This document shows positions 1 to 12,598 of a DNA stretch of 64,000 bases, in pieces. Under the pieces are notes generated by a model, which was given only the letters and a program-made list of their open reading frames with translations, was not told the DNA's origin and did not search any database. The translations under genes and the position numbers were made by a program. The stretch is from Scenedesmus sp. PABB004 (Eukaryota), in contig CM026547.1 of assembly GCA_014905635.1 (NCBI GenBank), positions 62,001 through 126,000 of the forward strand, in the 5' to 3' direction. How positions within the stretch are numbered: position 1 is the stretch's first letter; each line of letters opens with the position of its first letter.

Positions 1-794
1 CGCGTAGGAGGCCTCGACGCGCGCTCCTAGCATCATGAAACCGCCGCGCCCGTCGCGCGCCCGATCGAGGACGACGTTCGACAGCGCCTCCGAGGCCGCC
101 TGGCGCCGGCGCTGCTGTGTCCGCCCCCCGCGGGCGGGGCGAGCGCGGGGTCGGTGACGTTGCCGCGGCGGCGGCAGCACTGGCGGCGCGCTTGCTGCCG
201 GAGGCCAGACCGGGCGGCCAGGCCTCCCCACGCCTGGGCAACGGCCGCAGCCGGCTGCGCGCCGCGCGCTGCTGCCAGCCCGGGCGCCGCGCTCGGCAGC
301 CGCCGCACACACAGCCGCCTGCTTCCCAGACGTCGCGCAGCTGCTCCCGCTGCTGCGCTGGGCCACGCCCGCTGCCCCCGATGCGCCTGCGAGCTGCGGC
401 GGCGCACACCGCGCATGCGGCCGGCCGCGGCGGCGCTGCGCTGCCGCCGCTTACAGCGGGCGCGCCAGGCGCCGTGCGCGCGTCGGGAGCGCGCAACCGA
501 TCTGGAGAGTGCGGGGGCGGGCTGCACGCGCCGCAACGACGATGCCCCGAAGGCGCTCGACGCTTCGACGCGCCCGCGGGTCTTCCCTCCGCGCGGCGCG
601 CTGCGGCCGTGCTGCGCCGCCCGCCCTCCCACTCTCGCCCACGACGTCCCGCCGAACGCAGCCCCGCCCCGCCGCCCACGCGCCCTGCTCGCTCGCCGCC
701 AAGAGCTCGGCAATCAGATTGCCCGCCCGCCCACCCAGAGCGCGCGCGAGGGCCGCTGCTGGTCGCTGAGGGTCGGGAGGCGCGCAGCGGCACC

Positions 795-3700
795 ATGTCG
801 GTGGTCGGCTTCGATGTGAGCGCCCGGCGGGGGCCGCTGGGCGCGGGGGCGAGCTGTCCTGCAGCAGGGAGCAGCAACCACGCCCAACTGCAGCCCAGCA
901 GCCCCGCCGGCGCGCGCGCGGCAGCGCCCTGGGCGGCGAGCCCGGCCAGCAGCGCCCGGCGGCGCCGGCGGCGCGCCCTCGCGCCCGGCAGCGCCGGCGG
1001 CGGCGCCGCAGCAGCGGCGGCCGCCGCCCCCAGGGCCCGCGCCGCGGGGCGGGCGCCGCGCCAGCGCGCGGGCGCTGCACCCGCAGCCGCTCCCGCCACG
1101 CCCACGCCCCCGCCGCCCCGCCCACGCCCACGCCCACGCCGCACGCGCCCCGCGCCCCGCGCGCCCGCGCGCCGGCAGGTCGGCAACGACTGCTCGTGCG
1201 TCGCGATCGCGCGCAAGCGCGGCATCGACGTGCTCATGAACAAGGAGAGCACGCGGGAGACGCCGGCGATGGTGTGCTTCGGCGACAAGATGCGCTTCCT
1301 CGGCACCGACGCGGCGGCCAAGGTCGGCATGAACCCGCGCGCGACGCCGCACCAGCTCAAGCGCCTGCTCGGCAAGCGCTGGGCAGACCCCGCGCTGCAG
1401 GCCGACGTCGCGCGGCTGCCGTTCAAGGTCGGGGAGGCCCCCGACGGCGGCGTGCTCGTGCACGTCACGTTTGGGGGCGAGCCCGCGTCGTTCACGCCGG
1501 AGCAGCTCGTCGCGATGGTGCTGACCGACCTCAAGAAGATTGCCGAGGCGGAGGCGGGCATCGCGGTCACCGACTGCGCGCTCAGCGTGCCCACCTTTTA
1601 CACGCAGGCCGAGCGCGCGGCGATGCTCGACGCCGCGGGCGTCGCGGGGCTCAACTGCCTGCGCCTCGTCAACGAGACGACCGCGACCGCGCTCGCGTAC
1701 GGCATCTTCAAGACCGACCTCCCTGAGACTGACCCCGTGCACGTGGGCTTCGTCGACGTCGGCCACGCGCACACGCAGGCGCGCGTTGGAGCGGCGGGGC
1801 GCCGGCGGCGGGCGCCGGCGGCGGAGCAGCGGCCGAGGCGGCAGCGGCGGGAGCGGCGGGAGCGGCAGTGGCGGTGGGAGTGGCGGGGGCGGCAGCAGCG
1901 GCGGCTGCTGCAGCGTCTCAAGCCCCGCGTGCGCGCGCGCCGCGCGCAGGTGTCGATCGTGTCGTTCCGCAAGGGCGGCCTGTCGGTGCGCTGCCACGCG
2001 TGGGACCGCGACCTCGGCGGCCGCGACATCGACGAGCTGCTGTTTGACCACTTTTGCAAGGAGTTTGCGGCCAAGTTCAAGATCGACGTCCGCAGCAACG
2101 CCAAGGCCTCGTTCAAGCTGCGCACACAGTGCGAGCGCCTCAAGAAGGTGCGTGCGGCGCCGCGCGCCACGTGCCACGCTGCTGCTGCGCGGCGGGCGCG
2201 CGGCCGGCGGCGCCGCGCCGCGCGCCCCGCGCCGCGCGCGCTCACGCCCGCTCCTCGCTCCCTGCTCCTGGCTGCGGCGCTGCGCAGGTGCTGTCTGCCA
2301 ACGCTGAGAGCCCCATCAACATAGAGTGCCTCATGGACGACGTCGACGTGCGCAGCCTGCTCAACCGCGAGCAGCTGGAGGAGATGGTCGAGCCCTTCCT
2401 CGCCCGCCTCAACGCAGTGCTGCGCGCCGCAGTGGAGGCGTCGGGTGAGCGCACGCGCGCACAGCGAGCGAGCCGCGGCGGCGGCGGCGCCGGCGGCGGC
2501 GGCGGCGGCGGCGCGACACCGCGTCGCGCCCGCCGCGCCCGCCGACCCCCCGCCGCCGCCGCCGCGCCCGTGCCGTGCCGCGTTGCGCAGGCCTGCAGCC
2601 GGGCGACATCAGCAGCGTGGAGGTGCTGGGCGGGTCGACGCGCGTGCCGGCGGTGTTCAAGCTCGTGGGCGACGTGTTTGGGCTCACGCCCAGCCGCACG
2701 CTCAACGCCAAGGAGGTGGTCAGCCGCGGCGCGGCGCTGCAGTGCGCGATGATCAGCCCCCTCATCAAGGCGCGGCGCGGGAGGGGGGCAGCGAGGGAGG
2801 GAGGCAGGGAGCGGGCAGCGCTGCCGGGGCGGTCGCGAGAGCGCAGCGCGCCGCGCCGCCGCTCCCCCTCGCTCACCTCCACGTTGCCCGCCCGCCCCCG
2901 TGCGTCCAGGTGCGCGAGTTTGACGTGCAGGACGCGGCGCCGTACGGCGTGACGCTGGCGTACGAGAACAAGGACGGCCAGCCCAAGACCGACGTGCTCT
3001 TCGCGCGCCACAGGCACGCGCGCCGCACGCAGCTCCCCCCCCCCTTCCCCTCCCGCGACGGCGGCGCGCCCTCGCTGCGCGCTCTGCGCGGCGCGCGCCC
3101 GCGCCACAACCCCCACACCGCCGCCCACCGCGTCCCCGCGCCCCCGCCCCGCCCCGCCTCTTGCAGCTTCTTCCCGAGCAAGAAGCTCATCACGCTCTTC
3201 AAGAGCGAGCCCTTCAGCGTGGAGCTCGCGTACGAGCCCGACGACCGCATCCCGCCCGCCTTCCCGCGCAGCCTCGGCACCTTTACCGTGCACCTGCCCA
3301 AGGCGCGCACACGCGCCCCGCGCGCACGCACACGCCCCACCGCCGCCCGGCCCGCGCGCCGGGCCTCCCGCCGCTGGCGCGCCGCCGCCGACGCGCCGCC
3401 GCCGACGCCCGCCCCGACGCCCGCCCCCGACGCCCACGCTGTGCCGCGCTGCCCGCCCACCCGCCGCGCTGCGCAGAGCGACGAGAAGAAGAAGGTGAAG
3501 CTCACGCTGAGCATGAACCTCCACGGCATGGCCAGCCTCGACAGCGCGGTGCTGCACGAGGAGGAGGAGGCCGACGAGGCGCTGCCCGTCACCGTCGCGC
3601 CGCCGCCCGCCGCCAACGGCGCGCCGCCGGCCGAGGGCGACGCGCCGATGGACGCAGAGGCGCCGCCGGCCGCGGGTGCGCCGCCGCGGGGCGCCGCCGC

Positions 3701-5093
3701 GGGGCGCCGCCGTGGGTGGCGCGGGCGCCGCGGCCTGCCCGCACACGCGCCCGCGCCCGCGTCCCCGCCGACGCCCCGCCCGCGCCCCGACGCTGCCGCG
3801 CGCAGACGGCGCGGCGCCGATGGACGCCGACGCGGCGGCGGGCCCGCCGCCGCCGCCGGCGCCCGCGGCCGAGAAGAAGGTCAAGGTCAAGAAGACGGCG
3901 CTGCGCGTGGACGCGGCGGGCGTGGCGGGCTGGGACGGGCCGCGGCGCAACGACATGTTTGAGGCCGAGTGCCAGATGGCGGCCGCGGACAAGCTGCAGG
4001 AGGACACGAACGAGGCGAAGAACGCGCTGGAGTCGTACATCTATGACCTCCGCGACCGCCTCTACGCCCGCCTCGCGCCCTTCGTGGCAGAGGTGCGCGC
4101 CGGGGCGCCGGGGCCGGGGCCGGGGCGGGGCGAGCGGCGGGGCGAGCGGCGGGGCGAGCGACGCGCGGCGAAGCCCCACGACGCGCGGCGCCCGCGCGGC
4201 GCGGCGCCCGGCCGACGCGCGCCGCGCCCGCGGCCGCAGGCGGAGCGCGAGGCGCTGAGCGCGCAGCTGAGCGCGATGGAGGACTGGCTGTACGGCGACG
4301 GCGAGGACGAGACCAAGAGCGCCTACGTGGCCAAGCTCGCGGAGCTGCGGGCCAAGGGCGACCCGATCGACGCGCGCGCGGCGGACGACGAGGCGCGCCC
4401 AGGCACGTCGTCGGCGCGGGGGCGCGGCGCGCGCGGCGCGGGGCTCGCGCGGTGCTCGCGCCGGACGCGGCTGCGCCGCCGCCGTGGCTCACGCGAGCGC
4501 CGCGGCCGCGCGCGCGCGCAGGTGCGGTGGAGGAGCTGCAGCGCATCGCGGGGCAGTACCTGAGCCTCGCCGACTCGACCCTGCCCGCGCACGCGCATCT
4601 CGAGGCGGGCGAGCGCGACACGCTGCGCAAGGAGGCCGGCGCCGCGCTGGAGTGGCTCAACGAGAAGGTCGCGCTGCAGGCGCAGGTGACCGGCGCTCTC
4701 GCCCTGCCCGCCCCGCGCGCGCTGCTCTCGCCCTAGGCTAGCTAGCCAGGCCCCCGCCGCGGCGCGCCCGTCGCGCACGCGTGCGCGCGCCCAACTGCCC
4801 GCCCGCCCGCCACCCCGCCCGCCACCCCCGCGCCGCAGCTGCACAAGTACGACGCGCCGCTGCTGAGCGTGGCGGACATCCACAAGAAGCGCGACGTCGT
4901 GGAGCGCGTGTGCAAGCCCATCGCCGCGCGGCCGCCGCCCAAGAAGGAGGCGCCGCCGCCGCCGCCCGCGCCCGCGCCCGCGGCGGAGCCCGCCGCGGGC
5001 GGCGAGCCCGCGGCCGCGGGCGGCGAGGCCGCGCCGGACGCCGCGCCGATGGAGGCGGAGGGCGGCGAGGGCGCGGCGCCGATGGAGCAGTGA
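795..5093 (+). CDS. HSP110/SSE-type Hsp70 family chaperone (cytosolic nucleotide-exchange factor), 12 exons
   Basis: Spliced translation MSVVGFD-VGNDCSCVAIARKRGIDVLMNKESTRETPA...LRLVNETTATALAYGIFKTDLP...DRDLGGRDIDELLF...EVLGGSTRVP...KNALESYIYDLRDRL...EDWLYGDGEDETK is diagnostic of HSP110. Introns: 816-1178, 1779-1949(GC), 2148-2287, 2445-2590, 2770-2909(GC), 3014-3166(GC), 3303-3476(GC), 3676-3805, 4093-4239, 4403-4521(GC), 4686-4838. Confidence 0.95.
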
Positions 5094-6396
5094 CGGGGGC
5101 AGCGGGCGGGCGGGCGGCGGCGCACGCAGGCGTGTTCCCCCGTGGGCGGCCGCACTGCGCATTTCGTTGGCGCGGACGGGGGCTGGCGGGGGCTGACGCG
5201 GTAGGCAGGTGGCGCTTGCGCGCGCCGGCGGCGCGCGCGCTGCGCGTGCGTCGGGCGCGGAGTAACGGGCGGCGCGGAGGGATGGCCCGCAGCGCTCGTG
5301 TGCGCGTGCGCGCGCGTGTAAGCGCCGAGCCGGATGCTGAGTTGCACACGCCGACTGCCGCCGCGCGAGGTCAGCTCAGCTGTCAGCTCGTGAAGAAGCC
5401 GCCCGACTCGTTGCGGCAGTAGCACTGCGGCGGCGGCGGCGCCCGTCAGCCGGCAGCCGGGCGGCGCGGCTGGTGAGCGCACCGCGCGCGCGCCGCACGC
5501 CGCGCGGGGCGCGCGGCGCGCACCGGCGCCTTCTGCGTGCGCCACGCCTGCGCGCGCGGCGCGCGGCAGCCGTCGGCGTGTGCCACGCTGCGCAGAGTGG
5601 CGCTGTACGGCACGGGAGCTCCGTTGCTGAGCGCCTGGAGCGCGGCCGAGTGCTCGCTGGCGCCGCCGGAGGCCCGCCCGCGCGCCGCCTGGCTGGGCCT
5701 GGTCTGCGCGACGCTGGCCCGCCAGTTCTTCACCTGGAGGCGGCCGCGAGCGAGCGGCGAGCAGAGGAGCTGGCCAGCTCCCCCATGGGGCCGAGCCGCG
5801 GGCGCAGCAGCGCGAGCGCGCCGCGGGCCGCCGCCTCGCCGCCGCGGCCCGCCCGCTGCGGCCCAGCCACGCCTGCTGCGTGAGGTCCATGTCGCTTTCT
5901 CTGCGAAGCGCAAGCAGACCACGAGCTCCCGCGGCTGCAGAGCACGAGCTCCGCTTCTGTCGACTGAGTGCGAGCTCGTGGGGGGGCCCCTGAGCTCGCG
6001 CCTGGGCTGGCAGTGCTTCGTGGGAGCTCCGTGAGCGCTTTGGACGAGCGGCGGCGGGGGCGGCTGTCGGCGCGCGCACGGTTGCGCTACAGCCGCCGTT
6101 GACTACAGCCACCACCGTTGACGGAGCCCTCCGCGAAGTTTACACAGCCGCGAGCCTCACTGCTGAGGCGTGAGGCCGCTGCCGGCCTGCGGCGGTGCCC
6201 GCACCGCCGGCGCCGCCGCCGCCGGCGTATTCACAGGCGCCGGCGGCGTCGCGGCTGCACACGAAGCCATCCGCTGCACAATTGTGCACGCACACACGCG
6301 CCGCGCCGCCGCGGCGCGCCGCCCGCCTGCCTACCCCGCCCGCTGCGCCCTGCACGCGCTCGCCGCTGCTCGCCGCCGATGCCGCCCGGCGCCGCG

Positions 6397-9394
6397 TCAC
6401 GCGGCGCGCGGCGTGACGCGGCACCAGAGGCCATGCCGGAAGCCCAGCGTGATGCCGGGGCGCAGCGGCGGCGGGTCGGGCGTGCGCGCGGCGTCGAGCT
6501 CAAAATCAAACCGCTGCCAGAGGCTGACCAGCACGGTCTTGGCCTCGGACAGCGCAAACTTGTAGCCGATGCAGAGCCGCGGCCCCGCGCCAAACGCGAG
6601 CCACGCGAGCTGGTTGCGCTCCAGCGCCTCGGGCGACTGCGCGGCGGCGGCGGAGCGGCGGCGGCGGCGCGCGTGAGCGCCGCGCGAGCGCGCGCCGCCG
6701 CCGCGGCCGGCCCTGCCCGCCGCCGGCTGCTCGCGGCCGCCGCCACTGCCAGCCAGCCCCCGCGCGCCCCGCCGCCGGCCGGCCGCGGCCGCGCGCCGCG
6801 CGCCGCGCGCCGCCCCGCCCCCGCTCCCGCCAGTGGGCGTGTGTGCGCGCCTTGTCGAGGAAGCGCTCTGGCCGGAAGGCGGTGGGGTCTGGCCAGTAGC
6901 GGGCGCTGCGCTGGATGCCCCAGATGTCGATGTAGACCACCGACCCGCGCGGGATGAACAGCCCGTTGAGCGTGATGTCCTCCACCGCCTCGCGCGTCGT
7001 CATCCACCCGGGCGGGCTCAGCCGCAGCGACTCCTGCAGCACCGCCTGCGCGCGGCGGCGCCGGCGGCGGCGCCGGCGGCGGCGGCGGCGTGGTTCGGGG
7101 CGCGCGGCGCGGCGCGTGGGCCCGGCGCGCTCGCCCGAGCTGGCCCGCGCGGGCCGGCGCGGCTGCGTGCGCTGCGCGTCTGCCCGTCCGCCTGCCCGCC
7201 TGCCCGGCGGGCCCTAAACTAAGCTCACGTCCAGGTAGGGGAACTGGTCCATGTCGGCGTGCGTGACGGGGCGGGTCCGGCCGAAGCGCTCGATCTCCTC
7301 CTGCAGCCGCGCCTTGACGCCCGGGTGGCTGGCCACGTGGTAGAGCGTGGAGGTGAGCATGAAGCTCGTGGTGTCGTGCCCCGCCACCAGGATGCTGTTG
7401 GCCTGCGCGGCGCGGCGCGGCGCAACGAGGGGTCGGCGGCGCGTGCTCACGCGGCACCGCGGCCTGCCGCTCCTCGGGCTGCCTGCCTGCTGCTGCCTGC
7501 CGCCTGCTCGCTGCCGCCGCCTGCCCGCGCCCCCGCGTCCTCCAGCCGCACCTGCGCGACGATGTGGTGCATCTGCAGCGGCTGCCCCGTCTCCTTGTTC
7601 TTGGCCCGCACGAGCAGGTCAACCACGCTGCCCTCCGCCGGCACCACGTCCCGGTACTTCTCACGCAGCGCCGCCACCTCGGGCCGGTCTGGCGGCCGCG
7701 GGGGCGGCGGCGGCGTCAGCGCGGCGGAGCCGATGGCACCAGCGCAGCAGCAGCGGCGGCGGCAGCAGCACAGCGCGCGGGCCGCACCGAAGCGCTTCGC
7801 CATGCCGATCTCGTCCCGCCAGGGCAGGCCGAGGCGGGTGAGCGCGTTTTGCGCGAGCGTGAGCGCGGCGGTGAAGAGCTGCATGCGGCAGACGTTGAGC
7901 TGGCGCAGCCGCGCCGGCGGGAAGGCCTGCACCAGGGGCCAGACGAGGGGCTTGAGCAGCGGCGGCGTGAGCATGAAGGTCAGCGTCACCGCCGTGTTCT
8001 CCAGCGCGTACGTCGCCGCCGCGACGATCGCGTTCTCCCGGATCTCGCCGTCCACCACCTCCTGCGTGTCGAGCTTCACGCTGCGCGGCGCAGCGGCGGC
8101 GCGCGCGGGGGCGCCGCGGCGGGAGCGGGTCGGCGGGGCCGCCGCGCGGCGGGGGAGCGCCGCGAGGGGCTGCGGGCGGGCGCAGCTGGCAGCCATGAAG
8201 CGCCGCGCACCCGAAGGCCGCCTCGCCGATCGACTTGAGCGCGACGTTGGCGAGCGCGGCGTGCATGTCGACGCTCGCGCCCGCGGCGGCCGACTTGCTC
8301 AGCTCGCCCGCGAGCTCGCTGACCGCCGCCTCCACGAGCGGCTGGTAGCTGCGCAGCCCCGTGGAGTGGAAGAGCGGCTGCAGCGCGCCGCGCAGGCCCA
8401 TCCAGTACGCGCCCCTGCGCGACACGACGCGGCCAGACGCGGCGCGGCGGCGGCGGCTCGGGGCGCTGCGGACGCCACCGCGCGGCTGCGACCCGCCGCG
8501 CGGCTGCCCTTAGCGCGGCTGCGCGTGGCGCAACAGCCCCGGCGCGCGCACTTTGAGAAGGTGATGCCCTCGCGGAAGACGCGGTTGACGGTGGCGTCCT
8601 GGGGCGGGTAGAACATGCTGCGGTCGGGGAAGGACTTGAAGTGACGCACCATGATCAGACGCGCCAGCTCAGCGTCTGCGGGGCGCGGCGCGGCGCCGCG
8701 GCGTCGGCGGCGGCGCAGGGGGCCGGCGCGGGCCGCGACGCGGCTCACGCCCCGGGCGCGGCTCGCGCGGGCGGCGCACCGCGGACGCAGATGACGGGCT
8801 GGGGGCCCCAGAACCACTTGAACACGTCACCGTAGGTCTCGGCCCACTCTGCGGCACGTGCGCGCGCGCGTATGTGAGCCCCGGCAGCGCGCGACAGCCG
8901 CGGCGGCGTGCGCCCAGCCAAGGGCAGTAGCCCGTCGCGCGCGCCGCTCACTCTCCCAGGCCTTGAACAGGAAGAGGCCGTGCTGGAACACCTCCAGCGT
9001 GTTGCCGCACACCGGCAGCGGCGGCGGGCCGGGGATGTGGCGCAGCCGCCACCGAGCCACGGGGTGGAAGCTGTCCACGAGGATCTGGGCGCCGCGGCGC
9101 GGCGCGCCCCGGCAGCGGTTGCGGCCGCGCGTCAGCACGCGTACCGCCGCCGCTGCCGGCGAGCGCGGCAGCGCCGCCGCGTGCCGGCCCTGGTGCCGGG
9201 GCGCGTGTCGCAGGGGCTTCCAGGCCAGGGCGCGGCGCAGGGCCGGGGGAGGCGCCAGCGCCGGCCGGCGCGCTGCCGCCGCCAACCGCTGCCGCGCCCG
9301 CCGCCCCGCCGGCGCTCACCAGGACCAGCAGCCCGCCCAGCGCGCCCGCCAGCACGTTCCATGGCGACAGCCCCGCCAGCGCCGCGCCCAGCAT
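6397..9394 (-). CDS. Cytochrome P450, probably CYP711 (MAX1-like) clan, 10 exons
   Basis: N-terminal membrane anchor, IPGPPPLPVCGN hinge, I-helix AGHDTTS, K-helix ESLR, PERF motif, heme motif FGAGPRLCIG. Introns (plus-strand coordinates): 9085-9319, 8849-8951, 8676-8779, 8415-8551, 8081-8210, 7689-7787, 7403-7551, 7046-7228, 6637-6850(GC). Clan assignment is from motif resemblance only. Confidence 0.92.
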
Positions 9395-9782
9395 GGCGCC
9401 GCGCCCCGGGGCGCGCCCGCAGAGCGCGGGGCCGACGCGCGCCCCGACCGCGAGGCCGCAGCGGCCGCGCCGCTCGGAGCAGCTTATCTACAGCGTTTTC
9501 AACCTGCAGCCGACGCCTGGGAGCCTGTGAAGCAGTCAGCGAGAAGGCGGTTACGGCCTCGGAGCCACCGATCCGCGCCTGGCCGTCGTGCTGCTGCGAC
9601 GCTCTGGCAACGAACCCCCGAGCACACTGTGGGCAGCGCGCCGGGGCTCGCGCGCAGCTGGGCCGGGGGTGCGCCGCTGCGCCGCGGCGAAGTGACGGCT
9701 GCGCCGCAACGGCCGCCGTCGTGTTCCAGGCCGGGAACGGCGCGCGCGGTCACACAGCCTGCCCGCCGCCGCGCTCGCTCGG

Positions 9783-12185
9783 TCAGGGCTTGCGCCAGAG
9801 CGCCTCGATCTCCTCCAGCGAGCGTCCCTTGGTTTCGGGCACGTTTGCGTAGATGCTGGCCCAGGCGAGCAGGGCGATGGCGCAGAAGAGGCCGTAGGTG
9901 GCGGTCATGCCCGCGCCGGCCTGGAGCGACGGCAGCGCGAGCGACACGAGGAAGTTGGCCGAGAAGTTGACAAACGTCGCGATCGCGATCGCCTGGCTGC
10001 GCACGGCGAGCGGGAAGACCTCGCCCACGATGAGCCAGCTGATCGGGCCGAAGCTGACCTGCGGCCGGGCGCAGGCGCGGGTGCGGGTGCGGCGGCTGAG
10101 GCGGCGGTCGTCCGAGGCCCCAGCCTGGCGCGGCGCGGCCCGCGGGCCCGCGCGGCGCGGCCCGCGCGGCGCGCGTCTCGCACCTGGTAGCAACCGACAT
10201 AGAGCAGCATCGCGGCCACGCTCACCCACGCCGCGCCGCCGACGCCCGCCGCGGCGCCGGCGGCGGCGTCGACGCCGCCCTGCGCGGCCGTGAGCGCGGC
10301 GAGCGCGAGGGCCATGCCCCCGACGCCGCCGAGCAGCAGCGGCCGGCGCCCGACGCGGTCGACGCTCGCGACCGCGACGAGCGTCATGAGCAGCTTGAAC
10401 CCGCCCAGCAGCACGCTCGCGCCCGCGGCCTCCTGCCCCGCCGCAAAGCCCGCGGCCGCAAAGATCTGGGTCGCGTAGTACAGCACGCTCGGCTGGCCCG
10501 TGATCTGCGCGGCGGCAGGCGGCGGACGCGGGCGCACACGGCGCGCGCGTGTGGCGCGGCGGCGAGGCCGCGGCGCCGCCCCAGCGCGCGCCGGCGGGCG
10601 GTCTCTCAGGGCGGCGGCGCACCTGCTGGAAGAGCATCAGCGACATGCCCACCAGCAGCGGGCGCGAGTAGCGGCGCTCGGCAAACAGCCCCAGGCCCAG
10701 GCCGCCGCCCGCGGCACCGCCGCCCGCGGCGCCCTCCGCGAGGCTGGCCGCCATGGCGTCGACCTCGGCGCCCGCGCGCGACAGGTCGGCCGCGCGGCGC
10801 CCCTCGGCGCGCACGAGCGCGCGCAGCGCGTCGTCGCGCGGCGCGCCCGACAGCAGCAGCCAGCGCGGCGACTCGGGCAGGCTCGCCTGCGCGCGCGCGG
10901 CGGCGGCGCGGGGCGGGGCGCGCGTGGGCGGCGGCCGCCGCGGCCGCGGCCGGCCACGCCCTCGCCCCGCGCCGCACGAGGCCCCCCTGCCGCCCGCGGG
11001 CGCGCACCATCCCCACGCCCAGCAGCAGCGCGAGCGGCGCGGCGCAGCCGTAGATGCTGCGCCAGCCGCCCACGGCATCGGCAAAGACATAGCCGGCGCC
11101 GTAGCCGGCAAGGATGCCGCCCACGATGATCGCCTCCTGCCGAGGGGGGCAGGGGGGGGGGGGGGGCGCTGGGGCGCGGCTGGCGCGGCGGCGGCGCGCC
11201 GCCTCCCTCCGCCCCTCCTCTCGCGCGCCGCCGCCTGCCGGCGCGCGCCCGCACGGTGCCGCCCCGCCGCACTGCCTCCCTGCTCCCCCTCCGCCCCTCC
11301 CCGCCATGTGCCGCACCTTGAGTGAGATGAGCAGCCCCCGCACCGAGGGCGGGCTGGTCTCCGCGATGTACGCCGGCGCCGCGTGCATCGCCGCGCCGAT
11401 GCCCAGGCCGTACAGCAGGCGGCAGGCGAGCAGCGGCGCGAGCCCGCCGGCGAGCCCCAGGCCGCCCGCGCCGACGCCGAAGAGGCCCGCCGCGGCGAGG
11501 AGCTCGGTGCGGCGGCCGACGCGGTTGCCGCCAGCGAGCGCGGCGAGGCTGCCGAGCAGCGCGCCAAAGAGGCTCGTCGACACCACCAACCCGCTCTCAA
11601 ACGCAGACAGCCCCGGCCCCCAGCTCGTGCCGCTGAGCTCGGCGCTCGTGAGGCTCGCGAGCACGCCCGAGCTCGCGCCGATGTCATACCCAAACAGCAG
11701 CCCCCCCAGCTGCGCACGCGCGCACGCGCGCACGCACGGGCGGCGGCGGCGGCGCGGAGGCGCGGTGGAGGTCAGCGGTGCGGCGGGGGTCGGCGGCGGC
11801 GCGCGGCCGGCGCGCCCCCGTGCTGCGCGCGCCGCGCGTGCCGCTGCCGCCGCAGCGGCGGGCCGCACCGCGGGGAAGATGAAGCACAGGCCCGTGGCCA
11901 GCCAGTCAACGTCCACGGCGTCGCTGCCGCGCGGCGCGGCGTGCTCGTGCATGAGCGGCGCGCTCTCGCCCCCTCGCCGCCGCCCTCCTCGACCGCCGCC
12001 ATCTGCAGCGCGCCCCGGCCGCCGCTCGGCGGCGTGTGGCGGTGGCCGTGCCTCTGGCTGGCCGCGCCGCCGAGCATGCGGCGGCGGGCGGGCGCCGCGC
12101 GGGGTGGCGCGCTGCCTCGCAGCCCCGCGCGCCGCGCGCAACGCGCAGCTGCTGCTCCGGCCGGCGCTGGTGCTACGCAGAGCAT
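9783..12185 (-). CDS. MFS sugar porter (VGT / D-xylose-proton symporter-like), possibly plastid-targeted; start uncertain
   Basis: FPALGGLLFGYDIGASSG, RVGRR, MHAAPAYIAETSPPSVRGLLISLKE, LPESPRWLL, FQQITGQPSVLYYA, YQVSFGPISWLIVGEVFPLAVR, VPETKGRSLEEIE. Five GT-AG introns: 11710-11868, 11137-11316, 10887-11007, 10505-10622, 10059-10183. The 5' frame is ambiguous near 11970. Confidence 0.92.
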
Positions 12186-12598
12186 GTCCCGGGCTGACCA
12201 CCGCAGCCGCCTGCTGTCGCGGTCACGCCTTGTCCGGGAGAGAGCGGCGTGCGCGAGGCGTGCGGCGCTGCTGCTGCTGGTGCAGCCTGGTCGTCCCTGA
12301 TCGATCACGCGCCGACGCAGTCAGTGCGTCGGGGGCGGTGGGGTCCGCGAGCGACAGGGCGTGGGGGGTCCGGGGCACAGCGGCGGCGAGCGAAAAGAAC
12401 GGCGCGCCGCGGCGCCGTCGCCGCGCGCAGGGTGCAGGCCGGCCAGCTCGCTCATTGTGCCCGCCCCGGACCCTCCGCATCGCTCGCGCCGCCCACGTCG
12501 ATCGCCGGCCTCTCCCCTGCCGCCGCCGCGCCGCCGCCGCTGCTGCTGCCTGCCGCTGCCGCCCAGGCCCGGCCCCGCCCGGCCACGTCCCGCCCGCC

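Noticed and set aside
1..36. Possible minus-strand gene start (ATG ATG CTA GGA...) leaving the window
   Set aside because: Too short to evaluate.
5537..6034. 165-aa plus-strand ORF between HSP110 and the P450
   Set aside because: No recognisable motif, no ATG start and no convincing splice structure; may be UTR or decayed sequence.
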